Below, piece by piece: positions 9,170-17,181 of a stretch of DNA of 52,700 nt. Position 1 is the stretch's first letter; each line of letters starts with the position of its first letter. The stretch is from assembly GCA_020028455.1 (NCBI GenBank), contig JAHZOA010000004.1, forward strand, positions 1 through 52,700, read 5' to 3'. The translations under genes were made by a program, and so were the position numbers. Source of the DNA: Armatimonadota bacterium. GTDB taxonomy: Bacteria > Sysuimicrobiota > Sysuimicrobiia > Sysuimicrobiales > Kaftiobacteriaceae. Below the pieces are notes generated by a model, which did not search any database, was not told the origin of the DNA, and saw only the letters and a list, made by a program, of their open reading frames with translations.

Positions 9170-9212
9170 CGTACCGCGCGCCGCGGAACGCGTACCGCGG
9201 AACGCGATACGG
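9170..9212. repeat. Tandem near-palindromic 14-mer (CGTACCGCGGAACG) array
   Basis: Two full copies (9177-9190 and 9191-9204, 12/14 identical) plus partial copies at each side. Each unit is almost self-complementary around CCGCGG. Confidence 0.7.
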
Positions 9213-9227
9213 TAGTTAGGAGCTAAG

Positions 9228-11057
9228 ATGGATTTTCAAGCGCCGCGACAGCGCCTGTTCGCGCTGTCCTTAATCATCGCGATTGCGACCGGAATCCTGG
9301 TGGGCCGGCTCTGGCAGATCCAGGTCCTCCAGGGTACGGCGTACCTGCGCCAGTCGGAAGAGAACCGGATTCGCGATTACGTACTCACCGCGCCCCGCGG
9401 GATCGTCTACGATCGAAAGGGACGCCCCCTCGTTACGAACCGACCCTCGTTCACGGTCGCGATGCTCCCGCTCGAACTGAGAAGGCCTGCCGAAGTTATG
9501 GCAACGCTCGCGCCGATGCTCGGTATGACGCCTGGAGAGATTCGTGCCAGGATTGAGAGCAGCCGCGCCCGTCTGTTTGAGCCCGTCCGGGTGAAGCGCG
9601 ACGTGGGCACGCGCGTCGTGGCGATGATCGAGGAGAACCGGATGGATCTGCCTGGCGTCATCATCCTCGCGGAGCCGGTGCGCTACTACCTACACGGGAA
9701 GATGACTGCGCACGTCATGGGGTACATCGGCGAAATTGATGAGGACGAACTCAAGGCGAGGAAGATCGAGCGATACAAACTCGGAGATCTGGTTGGGAAG
9801 TCTGGCGTCGAGCGCAAGTACGAGGCGGCGCTGCGAGGAAGTGACGGCCGGCTCCGGATGGAAGTCGACGCGCATGGCAGGCCACTGCGGGAGCTGGGGC
9901 GTGTGGCCGCGGTTCCGGGACGATCGATTGTCCTGAGTCTCGATCTGGACGTCCAGCGGGCCGCCTTCGAGGCGCTGCAGGCCAGCGGCCTTCCCTCAGG
10001 CGCGGTCGTGGCGATGGATCCCCGCAGCGGGGAGCTGCTCGCGATGGTGAGCACGCCATCGTTTGATCCCAATCTGTTTGCAACCGGTATCTCGCCTAAA
10101 GCCTGGCAGGGGCTGGTCCGCCACCCGCTCCGACCGCTCCTCAACCGGGCCGCCGGGGCGGCGTTTGAGCCGGGCTCGGTGTTCAAACTGGTGACGGCGA
10201 CGGCCGCCCTGGAGCGCGGCATCGTCAACAGGCAAAGCACATTCCATGCACCGGGATACTTCCGCCTCGGCCGGTGGGTGTTTCGCGACCTCAAAGCCTG
10301 GGGCACAGTAAACTTCATGACCGGCATGGCGAATTCGATCAACGTCGTCTTCTACACCCTCGGCAACCGGCTGGGCGGGGAAGTGCTGGCTCTCTACGCG
10401 AAGATGCTCGGCCTCGGGGAAGTCACCAATATCGATCTGCCCGCCGAGGTTTCCGGAACGATCCCGAGTCCCTCAACGAAGAAGGCGCTGGTCGGCGAGC
10501 CCTGGTATCCCGGTGACAGCGTGAACATGTCCATCGGCCAGGGGGCAGTGACCGCGACTCCATTGCAGGTCGCGCGGATGGTATCGGTTATCGCCAACCG
10601 CGGAACGTTGTATCAACCGCACGTGCTGCTGCTGATGCATGACAGGGGCGGCAAAGCGCGCCGCACAGGACGCGTCCTGCAAGGACGGGTCACGCTGAAG
10701 CCCTCGACGTTCGACGTACTGCACGAAGGGATGCAGGCGGCGGTGGATCGCGGTACAGGCCGCGCTGCGGCGATCAGCGGCGTCATGATCGCGGGCAAGA
10801 CCGGGAGCGCCGAGAACCCCCGCGGGAAGCCACATGCCTGGTTCGCCGGCTTCGCACCCGCCCGCGCGCCGACGGTCGTGGTCGTCGCATTCGTCGAGCA
10901 CGGGTTCCGCGGGGGCATTTCGGCCGCACCGATCGCGCGCAGAGTATTTCTCGCAGCGCTGTCGCAGTCAACACCGGACCGGGGTGCGACCCCGCACCAG
11001 ACGGCGCGCCAGATGGCGCGGGGCAGCGTCCGTGGTACCTCGGAGCCACGTCGATGA
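9228..11057 (+). CDS. mrdA: Penicillin-binding protein 2 (elongasome transpeptidase)
   Basis: N-terminal TM anchor, PBP dimerisation domain, transpeptidase motifs (SVFK, KTGSA). Position between mreD and rodA. Confidence 0.92.
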   Translation: MDFQAPRQRLFALSLIIAIATGILVGRLWQIQVLQGTAYLRQSEENRIRDYVLTAPRGIVYDRKGRPLVTNRPSFTVAMLPLELRRPAEVMATLAPMLGMTPGEIRARIESSRARLFEPVRVKRDVGTRVVAMIEENRMDLPGVIILAEPVRYYLHGKMTAHVMGYIGEIDEDELKARKIERYKLGDLVGKSGVERKYEAALRGSDGRLRMEVDAHGRPLRELGRVAAVPGRSIVLSLDLDVQRAAFEALQASGLPSGAVVAMDPRSGELLAMVSTPSFDPNLFATGISPKAWQGLVRHPLRPLLNRAAGAAFEPGSVFKLVTATAALERGIVNRQSTFHAPGYFRLGRWVFRDLKAWGTVNFMTGMANSINVVFYTLGNRLGGEVLALYAKMLGLGEVTNIDLPAEVSGTIPSPSTKKALVGEPWYPGDSVNMSIGQGAVTATPLQVARMVSVIANRGTLYQPHVLLLMHDRGGKARRTGRVLQGRVTLKPSTFDVLHEGMQAAVDRGTGRAAAISGVMIAGKTGSAENPRGKPHAWFAGFAPARAPTVVVVAFVEHGFRGGISAAPIARRVFLAALSQSTPDRGATPHQTARQMARGSVRGTSEPRR

Positions 11058-12148
11058 GCGCCCGGCTGCTCCGTTACGTCGACTGGACTCTGCTTGGGAC
11101 GACACTGGCCCTGATGGCGTTCGGGGGCGTGATGATCTATAGCGCCACGCAGAACACCGGTGATCCTATGGGCTTCGTGAAGGTCCGTGTCCTTCACGCG
11201 TTATTCGGGCTGACGCTGTTGGCTGTGGCGGCCGCGGTTGACTACCAGGCGATCGCTCGGGCGTGGCGCCCGGTGTTGGGCGGCGCGATGTTCCTGCTCG
11301 TGATCGTCATGCTCGTCGGTATCACCACGATGGGGTCGCAGCGCTGGATCCCACTTGGACCACTGGGAGGCTTTCAGCCATCCGAACTCGCGAAATTAGC
11401 GCTGATCATTGCCCTTGCCAGGAATCTTGAAGCGCATCCCGACCTGGACTCCTGGCGCACGGTGATTCCGGTGTTGCTCATCGCGGCGGTGCCCGTAGGG
11501 CTGATCGTCGAGCAGCCGGACCTGGGCACGGCAATGGTGCTGGTGGCGATTACCGCCGCAATGCTCTTCGCTGCGGGGGCGCCCCGCCGGATCATGATGG
11601 CCCTTGGCGGCGCGACCCTCGCTGGCGTTCCCGTGCTTTGGCAGATGCTTCACGATTACCAGCGCCGTCGCCTCATTGTCTTCATCGATCCGGGTCTGGA
11701 CCCGCAGGGCGCGGGCTACGCGCTGATCCAGTCCAAGATCGCCATGGGCTCGGGTCAAATGTTTGGGAAAGGGCTGCTGCACGGCACACAGAACCTGCTC
11801 AATTTCATTCCCGAGCAACACACGGACTTCATTTTCACGGTCGTGGGAGAAGAGCTGGGATTCCTGGGCGCGATGACTGTGCTGGCACTGTTCGCGATCT
11901 GGCTATGGCGGGGTATGACGATTGTCTATCTGGCGAAGGACAGGCTCGGCATGCTCATGGCGGTCGGCATCGTGAGCATGATTGCGTTTCACGTGGTCGT
12001 GAATATCGGGATGACGGTCGGGCTGATGCCGATCACGGGGATTCCTCTGCCGTTTATCAGCCACGGCGGGAGTGCGCTCGTCGTCATGTTGATGGCGACG
12101 GGCGTCCTGCTCGGCATCGGGATGCGGAGAAAGAAAATCTTGTTCTAA
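11054..12148 (+). CDS. rodA: SEDS-family peptidoglycan polymerase RodA
   Basis: FtsW/RodA/SpoVE polytopic pattern (QPSELAKL, PEQHTDFIF, GIPLPFISHGGS). 4-nt overlap with mrdA. Confidence 0.92.
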   Translation: MSARLLRYVDWTLLGTTLALMAFGGVMIYSATQNTGDPMGFVKVRVLHALFGLTLLAVAAAVDYQAIARAWRPVLGGAMFLLVIVMLVGITTMGSQRWIPLGPLGGFQPSELAKLALIIALARNLEAHPDLDSWRTVIPVLLIAAVPVGLIVEQPDLGTAMVLVAITAAMLFAAGAPRRIMMALGGATLAGVPVLWQMLHDYQRRRLIVFIDPGLDPQGAGYALIQSKIAMGSGQMFGKGLLHGTQNLLNFIPEQHTDFIFTVVGEELGFLGAMTVLALFAIWLWRGMTIVYLAKDRLGMLMAVGIVSMIAFHVVVNIGMTVGLMPITGIPLPFISHGGSALVVMLMATGVLLGIGMRRKKILF

Positions 12149-12166
12149 TGACCGAGGAGTGTAGCG

Positions 12167-13819
12167 ATGAGCAAGGAGATTATCGCCAATATTGAGCCGT
12201 TCGAGACACGTGTCGCTATTCTCGAGGACGGCCAGCTCGTAAATCTCTTCGTCGAACGGGGGGAGCCGCTCGCCGGTAACATCTATAAGGGGCGAGTGGC
12301 GAACGTCCTGCCGGGCATGGACGCGGCGTTCATTGACATCGGACTGGAGCGCAACGCGTTCCTGCATGTCGGCGATGTCCGGGCGCAGCGCCTTGCGGGG
12401 GAAGAGGTCGACGACTCGTTTGGCCGCGGCGCGATCGCCCAGCGCTTGCGGGTCGGTCAGGAGATCTTGGTGCAGGTGACCAAGGAGCCGATGGGCACGA
12501 AGGGCGCGCGTGTGACGACATACGTGGCGCTGCCGGCCTACTACCTCGTGCTCATGCCGACGGTGAACTACGTCGGGGTCAGCCGCCGGATTGAGCGTGA
12601 TCAAGAGCGCCGGCGTCTGCGTCAGCTCGCGGACAAGCTGCGCCCGAAGGGCATGGGCGTCATCGTCCGCACCGCTGCGGAAGGCGCGAGCGAGAAGGAC
12701 CTCGCCGATGACATCCAGTTCCTGCTGCAGGTGTGGTCCCGGGTCGAGGAACGGTCGAAGAACAGCCGCGCGCCGGCGCTGGTGTATCAAGATCTGCGCC
12801 TCATCCGGCGTGTCGTGCGGGACCTGTTCACCGACGACGTAAGCCGGTTTCTCATCGACTCACCCGAGGAGTTTCAACGGGTGCAGGACCTCGTCGCATC
12901 ATTTGCGCCCAAGCTGAAATCGCGCATCAGCCTGCATCGCGCCAGTGAGCCCGTGTTTGAGGCGCTCGGCGTAGAACGCGAGCTGGAGAAGGCTCTGCGG
13001 CGCAAGGTGTGGCTGCGCTCCGGCGGCTACATCGTGATCGACCGGACCGAAGCCCTCACCGTGATCGACGTCAATACCGGCAAATATGTGGGCAAGACTG
13101 ACCTCGCCACGACGATCTTCCGCACCAACCTCGAGGCCGTCGGCGAGATCGTGAGGCAGATCACGCTGCGGGACATCGGGGGCATCATCCTCGTCGACTT
13201 TATTGACATGGAGAACGAATCTCACCGCCAGCGCGTCATGCAGGCGGTCAATGAAGCCGTGCGCAAAGACCGTTCGAAGATTCACATCATCGATCTCACT
13301 GGGCTCGGACTGGTTGAGATTACCCGCAAGCGCGTGTATCAAGATCTGGAAGAAATCATGCGGATTCCTTGTCCCTATTGCGAGGGCCGCGGACGCGTGC
13401 TGTCACCGGAGACGATGAGCATGCGAACCCGCCGGGAAGTACGGCGGCTGATGCGCACGGCCTCTGCCGCGGCCCTCCTGGTCGAGGTGCATCCGGATGT
13501 GTATAAAGAACTGTTCCGCGACGGGCCATCGTGGGTGCGACAACTGGAGGAGCAGACCGGTCGCCGGCTGACCATCCGTGGACGGGATGGGATGCATTTG
13601 GAGCGGATGCGCGTCGTCGAAGGCGAGCGCGTCGAGGACCTGGGCCGGGAGGAGACGGCGCGTGATCGGCGCGGTCAAGTCTACTGGCTTGATCGCGAGG
13701 GAGAGGACACGCTCGTATTCAGCGAGCGTGATGTGGAGCAAGAGCTGGCGCTGGCGGCTGCGGGCAACTCTCGCAATGGATTGATGCGGCGGCTGCTCAA
13801 ACTTCTCGGGCGCTCCTAG
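12167..13819 (+). CDS. rng: Ribonuclease G/E family endoribonuclease
   Basis: N-terminal S1 domain (GNIYKGRVANVLPGMDAAFIDIG) and catalytic region (VIDVNTGKYVG, IILVDFIDM). Confidence 0.85.
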   Translation: MSKEIIANIEPFETRVAILEDGQLVNLFVERGEPLAGNIYKGRVANVLPGMDAAFIDIGLERNAFLHVGDVRAQRLAGEEVDDSFGRGAIAQRLRVGQEILVQVTKEPMGTKGARVTTYVALPAYYLVLMPTVNYVGVSRRIERDQERRRLRQLADKLRPKGMGVIVRTAAEGASEKDLADDIQFLLQVWSRVEERSKNSRAPALVYQDLRLIRRVVRDLFTDDVSRFLIDSPEEFQRVQDLVASFAPKLKSRISLHRASEPVFEALGVERELEKALRRKVWLRSGGYIVIDRTEALTVIDVNTGKYVGKTDLATTIFRTNLEAVGEIVRQITLRDIGGIILVDFIDMENESHRQRVMQAVNEAVRKDRSKIHIIDLTGLGLVEITRKRVYQDLEEIMRIPCPYCEGRGRVLSPETMSMRTRREVRRLMRTASAAALLVEVHPDVYKELFRDGPSWVRQLEEQTGRRLTIRGRDGMHLERMRVVEGERVEDLGREETARDRRGQVYWLDREGEDTLVFSERDVEQELALAAAGNSRNGLMRRLLKLLGRS

Positions 13820-13843
13820 CTCCGCGAGGCGGTGGTGAAGAGC

Positions 13844-13934
13844 GGCGGGACGGGGACCTTGGACCGGGGACCCGGCAATCGGCTATGGAGTGACTTAGTT
13901 ATGGGTCCCCTTTCTCCAAGGTCCCCATCCCGCC
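13844..13934. repeat. Tandem-unit-arm hairpin repeat (units GGGGACC/TTGGACC)
   Basis: Left arm is GGCGGGA CGGGGAC CTTGGAC CGGGGAC CC. The reverse complement of the right arm is GGCGGGATGGGGACCTTGGAGAAAGGGGACCC. Loop is 29 nt and the termini are GGCGGG...CCCGCC. Confidence 0.85.
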
Positions 13935-13965
13935 GCCAAGGCCTCCTCGGCGCAGGCGACGGCCA

Positions 13966-13995
13966 TTGAGGCGTGTGTATCTAGTGTGATAAAAT
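13966..13995 (+). promoter_or_regulatory. Putative sigma-70 promoter of rplU-rpmA
   Basis: TTGAGG, 18-nt spacer, TAAAAT preceded by TGa (extended -10). Confidence 0.45.
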
Positions 13996-14009
13996 ACGCA
14001 AGGTCATGA

Positions 14010-14034
14010 GCGCCGCGCGCGAGTTGCGCGGCGC
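14010..14034 (+). promoter_or_regulatory. 5'-UTR hairpin upstream of rplU (possible L21-leader-type element)
   Basis: Perfect 9-bp stem GCGCCGCGC / GCGCGGCGC with a 7-nt loop, 8 nt before the GGAGGA SD. Confidence 0.3.
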
Positions 14035-14052
14035 GTGTGTCTGGAGGATGGG

Positions 14053-14367
14053 ATGTACGCGGTCATTGAGACAGGCGGAAAACAGTACAAGGTTGAGAAG
14101 GGTGGCACGATTCAGGTCGAGCTGCTCGACGCGGAGCCAGGCAAGGATCTCACGCTCGACCGAGTCGTGCTGTTCGCGGACGGCAAGACGGTGAAGGTCG
14201 GCTCGCCCGTGGTCAAGGGTGCGAAAGTACAGGCGAAAGTCGTTGGCCACAGCCGGGGGAAGAAAGTGATCGTGATGAAGTACAGGGCGAAGTCGCGCTA
14301 CCGTCGAAAGACCGGACACCGGCAGCACTATACGACCCTGAAGATTGAAGATATTCTGTTGGAGTAG
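14053..14367 (+). CDS. rplU: 50S ribosomal protein L21
   Basis: [18 protein letters not shown]-terminus. GGAGGA SD. Internal start within ORF 14035..14367. Confidence 0.95.
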   Translation: MYAVIETGGKQYKVEKGGTIQVELLDAEPGKDLTLDRVVLFADGKTVKVGSPVVKGAKVQAKVVGHSRGKKVIVMKYRAKSRYRRKTGHRQHYTTLKIEDILLE

Positions 14368-14385
14368 AGTAAAGGGGTTATCGAG

Positions 14386-14646
14386 ATGGCTCACAAGAAG
14401 GGCATGGGCTCGTCCCGCAACGGGCGGGACAGCAAAAGCAAGCGGCTGGGTATCAAGCGCTTCGCCGGGCAGTTTGTCACTGCGGGAAGCGTGATTGTCC
14501 GCCAGCGCGGCACCAAGGTGCGGCCCGGAACGAATGTCGGTCTCGGTCGAGATTTCACACTGTTCGCACTCGTCGATGGTGTGGTGGCGTGGGAGCGGCG
14601 CGGTCGCGACAATCGCCAGGTGAGCGTGCATCCAGCGCAAGCATAG
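14386..14646 (+). CDS. rpmA: 50S ribosomal protein L27
   Basis: [24 protein letters not shown]. No Firmicutes-type N-terminal propeptide. Confidence 0.97.
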   Translation: MAHKKGMGSSRNGRDSKSKRLGIKRFAGQFVTAGSVIVRQRGTKVRPGTNVGLGRDFTLFALVDGVVAWERRGRDNRQVSVHPAQA

Positions 14647-14710
14647 AGTTCGCAGACGGTTTCGGCAGGGGCTTGGTCGTCCGTGACCGGCCCCTGCTGC
14701 TTTCCATCGT

Positions 14711-15763
14711 ATGTTCATCGATAGAGCGATCATCAACGTCAAAGCGGGTGACGGCGGGAATGGCTCTTTGAGTTTCCGCCGCGAGAAATTTGTGCCTAAA
14801 GGCGGCCCGGACGGTGGGGACGGCGGTCACGGCGGTGATGTCGTCCTCGTGGCAGACCAGAGCCTGTCGACGCTGCTGGATTTCCAGCACCGCCAGCATT
14901 TTCGCGCGCAGAGCGGAAGCCACGGAGAAGGCAGCAAGCGACATGGCAAGCGCGGAGGCACGCTCGTTGTTCCTGTTCCTGTGGGCACCGTTGTGAAGGA
15001 TGCGACCACCGGCGAGGTCATGGCCGATCTCGCGCAGCACGGACAGAAGATCGTCATCGCCCGGGGTGGGAGAGGGGGCCGGGGGAACGCCAGGTTTGCG
15101 ACACCGACCCGCCGAGCACCACGGATCGTGGAGCCCGGGGGCCCGGGTCAGGAACGCCGGCTGGAACTGGAACTCAAACTGATTGCCGATGTGGGCCTCG
15201 TTGGCTTTCCTAACGCAGGGAAGTCCACGCTCCTGAGTCGTGTGTCCGCAGCCCGCCCGAAGATTGCCGACTATCCGTTCACGACGACCGAACCACATCT
15301 TGGCGTCGTCGTACTTCCCGACGGGCGCAGTTTCGTTTTGGCCGACCTCCCCGGTCTCATCGAAGGAGCGCATCACGGCGCGGGCCTGGGTCACGCGTTC
15401 CTGCGTCACATATCGCGTACTAGAGTCCTGATCCACCTTGTGGATCTCTCGGTACCGGATCGCGATTCGCGCACAGACTTCGAGGCCGTCAATTCTGAGC
15501 TCTGGCAGTACGATCCCGCGCTCAAGGAACGTCCGATGCTCGTGGCGCTCAACAAGATCGACGTTCCAGAAGCGCGCGCAAAAGTTCAGGACCTCTCAGC
15601 GGCATTGGGGGCGCAGGGGTATCGCGTCTTCGCGATCTCTGGGGCAACGGGCGAGGGCGTGGACGCGCTCATGAAAGCCGCCGCACAGGTCCTCGATGAG
15701 ACTCGCAGCCGGGAGCCAGTGTTGGCCGACCCCGGATCCCGGGCCCCGGACGCCGGGAGCTAG
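14711..15763 (+). CDS. obg: GTPase Obg/CgtA
   Basis: Gly-rich Obg fold (GGDGGHGGDV, RGGRGGRGN) followed by G-domain motifs GFPNAGKST, DLPG and NKID. Confidence 0.95.
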   Translation: MFIDRAIINVKAGDGGNGSLSFRREKFVPKGGPDGGDGGHGGDVVLVADQSLSTLLDFQHRQHFRAQSGSHGEGSKRHGKRGGTLVVPVPVGTVVKDATTGEVMADLAQHGQKIVIARGGRGGRGNARFATPTRRAPRIVEPGGPGQERRLELELKLIADVGLVGFPNAGKSTLLSRVSAARPKIADYPFTTTEPHLGVVVLPDGRSFVLADLPGLIEGAHHGAGLGHAFLRHISRTRVLIHLVDLSVPDRDSRTDFEAVNSELWQYDPALKERPMLVALNKIDVPEARAKVQDLSAALGAQGYRVFAISGATGEGVDALMKAAAQVLDETRSREPVLADPGSRAPDAGS

Positions 15764-15772
15764 GAGACGCGC

Positions 15773-16381
15773 GTGGCACGAATCGGCATCATGGGCGGGA
15801 CATTTGATCCCATCCACTACGGACACCTCGTGACTGCGGAAGAGGCGAGAGTCCAGTTTGAGCTCTCACAAGTCCTGTTCGTGCCCAACCACTATCCACC
15901 GCACAAAGATCTCAACGGCGTCACCGATCCCGAGCACCGCTACCGGATGACATTGCTGGCGACCATGACGAACGAGCACTTCGCCGTCTCTCGGATTGAG
16001 ATCGACCGGCCCGGGCCATCGTTCACCATCGAGACGATCGAGATGCTCCGGAAGCCCTATGCAGCGTCGGATCTGTTTTACATCACAGGCGCGGACGCGA
16101 TCTTGCAGATTGTGCGGGGAGAATGGGAACGTTCGGCGGAGCTGCTGGCGCTGTGCCAGTTCATCGCCGCGAGCCGTCCGGGATTCTCGCTGAACGCAGA
16201 GGACATGCGCCGCAGCAACGCGACGGGACGCCGGCTCGACAATGTCCATGTGATGGAGATCCCAGCGTTGGCGATCTCCTCGACCGATATCCGCCGGCGT
16301 GTCACGCAGAGCCGTCCGATTCGGTACCTCGTACCAGATCCGGTCGAGGCTTACGTCGTCAAACACCGGCTCTACCGATGA
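15773..16381 (+). CDS. nadD: Nicotinate-nucleotide adenylyltransferase
   Basis: GIMGGTFDPIHYGH nucleotidyltransferase motif and ISSTDIRRR near the C-terminus. Confidence 0.92.
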   Translation: MARIGIMGGTFDPIHYGHLVTAEEARVQFELSQVLFVPNHYPPHKDLNGVTDPEHRYRMTLLATMTNEHFAVSRIEIDRPGPSFTIETIEMLRKPYAASDLFYITGADAILQIVRGEWERSAELLALCQFIAASRPGFSLNAEDMRRSNATGRRLDNVHVMEIPALAISSTDIRRRVTQSRPIRYLVPDPVEAYVVKHRLYR

Positions 16382-16719
16382 CGTCATCACTGCGCTTGGC
16401 CCAGGTGGCCGCCGGGGCGATGGACGATCGGAAGGCCGAGGACGTGCTCGTGCTCGACATCAGCAAGCACACGCTGGTCGCGGACTATTTTGTGATCGGT
16501 TCCGCCGAGACAAACGTGCAGATCAAGGCGATTACGGAGGGTGTGGAGGAGGCTGTGGAGGAGGCGGGAGGCAGGTTGCTGGCCCGCGAGGGCCATGAGC
16601 GGGCGCGATGGGTGTTGCTGGACTTCGGGTCAGTTGTGGTGCACGTGTTTGGGCCCGAGGCGAGAAATCTGTATCGGCTGGAGCGTCTCTGGGCCGACGC
16701 GCCCATCGTCGCGCGTTGA
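16378..16719 (+). CDS. rsfS: Ribosome silencing factor RsfS (iojap)
   Basis: DDRKAEDVLVLDI...DYFVIGS...WVLLDFGSVVVHVF. ATGA overlap with the nadD stop. Internal start within ORF 16123..16719. Confidence 0.9.
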   Translation: MTSSLRLAQVAAGAMDDRKAEDVLVLDISKHTLVADYFVIGSAETNVQIKAITEGVEEAVEEAGGRLLAREGHERARWVLLDFGSVVVHVFGPEARNLYRLERLWADAPIVAR

Positions 16720-16729
16720 GGAGTGTGCC

Positions 16730-16759
16730 TTGACGTGTCTTATCAACGCTGCCTATAAT
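16730..16759 (+). promoter_or_regulatory. Sigma-70 promoter of the T-box leader/tRNA-Ala/ilvE-leuS transcript
   Basis: TTGACG (16730-16735), 18-nt spacer, TATAAT (16754-16759), directly after the rsfS stop. Confidence 0.6.
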
Positions 16760-16776
16760 GTTCAAAGTCTCATATA

Positions 16777-16872
16777 GCGATGATCGGAAGTAGTAGGCAG
16801 GTGATGGGCGGAGCGAGCCGGAGGAATGGGTGAGATGACCGGCGCCTGAGCCAGCCGAACTCGTCCGGGAGC
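16777..16872 (+). promoter_or_regulatory. T-box riboswitch Stem I, specifier CUC (Leu)
   Basis: Hand-folded. K-turn GCGAUGA/GAGC. Specifier Loop AGUAGUA opposite GAA-CUC-G (codon 16860-16862). AG bulge GAGCGAG (16811-16817). Distal loop AGGAAUGGGUGAGAUGA (16822-16838). Confidence 0.8.
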
Positions 16873-16888
16873 AGCCTGCCCGAATAAG

Positions 16889-16971
16889 GCGGTCGTGGGT
16901 CGTAGGTCATAGGTCGTAGACAAGACAAAAGAGGCATTTGCCACGACCTACGACCGACGACCTATGACCGC
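16889..16971. repeat. Tandem-unit-arm hairpin repeat, GGTCGTR subfamily (copy 1)
   Basis: Left arm is GCGGTCGTGGGTCGTAGGTCATAGGTCGTAG. The reverse complement of the right arm is identical at 26/31 positions, and two of the differences still give G-U pairs. Loop is 21 nt and the termini are GCGG...CCGC. Confidence 0.9.
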
Positions 16972-17028
16972 AGTTACCAGGGGGGCCGGGGCTTCACTCA
17001 CGATACGAGTGATGAGCGGATAGCGTAA

Positions 17029-17103
17029 GGGCCTGTAGCTCAGGGGGAGAGCGCCCGCTTGGCGTGCGGGAGGTCGCGGGTTCAATTCCCGCCAGGTCCA
17101 CCA
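17029..17103 (+). tRNA. tRNA-Ala (anticodon GGC), CCA encoded
   Basis: Cloverleaf folded by hand: 7-bp acceptor stem with G3:U70 (17031:17097), D arm GCTC/GAGC, anticodon loop TTGGCGT (GGC at 17061-17063), T arm GCGGG-TTCAATT-CCCGC, discriminator A, CCA at 17101-17103. Confidence 0.93.
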
Positions 17104-17121
17104 TTCGACGGGCACGCTATC

Positions 17122-17181
17122 AAATTGGGTGGTACCGCGGAGACCCTCCGTCCCATGGACGAGAGGGCCTTCCTATTTCTT
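17122..17181 (+). promoter_or_regulatory. T-box sequence with antiterminator/terminator switch upstream of ilvE
   Basis: AAAUUGGGUGGUACCGCGG. Antiterminator is GGG[UGGUACC]GCGGAG-ACC-CUCCGU-CCC. The competing terminator is CCCUCCGUCC/GGACGAGAGGG followed by CCUUCCUAUUUCUU. Confidence 0.85.

Noticed and set aside
11903-12790. 295-aa minus-strand ORF spanning the rodA 3' end and the rng 5' end
   Set aside because: It crosses an intergenic region antisense to two well-supported genes and has no motifs.
13981-15436. Two long minus-strand ORFs (13981..14742 and 14555..15436) opposite rplU-rpmA-obg
   Set aside because: They are antisense to ribosomal protein and Obg genes of unmistakable sequence.
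16881-16888. GAA-UAA-G just 3' of an alternative GGCAGG/CCUGCC helix, which would make the T-box specifier a stop codon
   Set aside because: The fold that places GAA-CUC-G (16857-16863) opposite AGUAGUA gives a complete K-turn, continuous helices and a sensible Leu codon matching the downstream leuS genes. The UAA reading leaves a 28-nt unpaired bulge and no K-turn partner.
17009-17019. Second K-turn-like GUGAUGAGCGG just upstream of the tRNA, suggesting a second ultrashort Stem I
   Set aside because: No closing GAGC strand or specifier loop follows. The next bases are the tRNA acceptor stem.
17029-17103. tRNA gene as an integration site of a genomic island
   Set aside because: There is no integrase, no direct repeat of the tRNA 3' end and no compositional shift. 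The flanking genes are core housekeeping genes.
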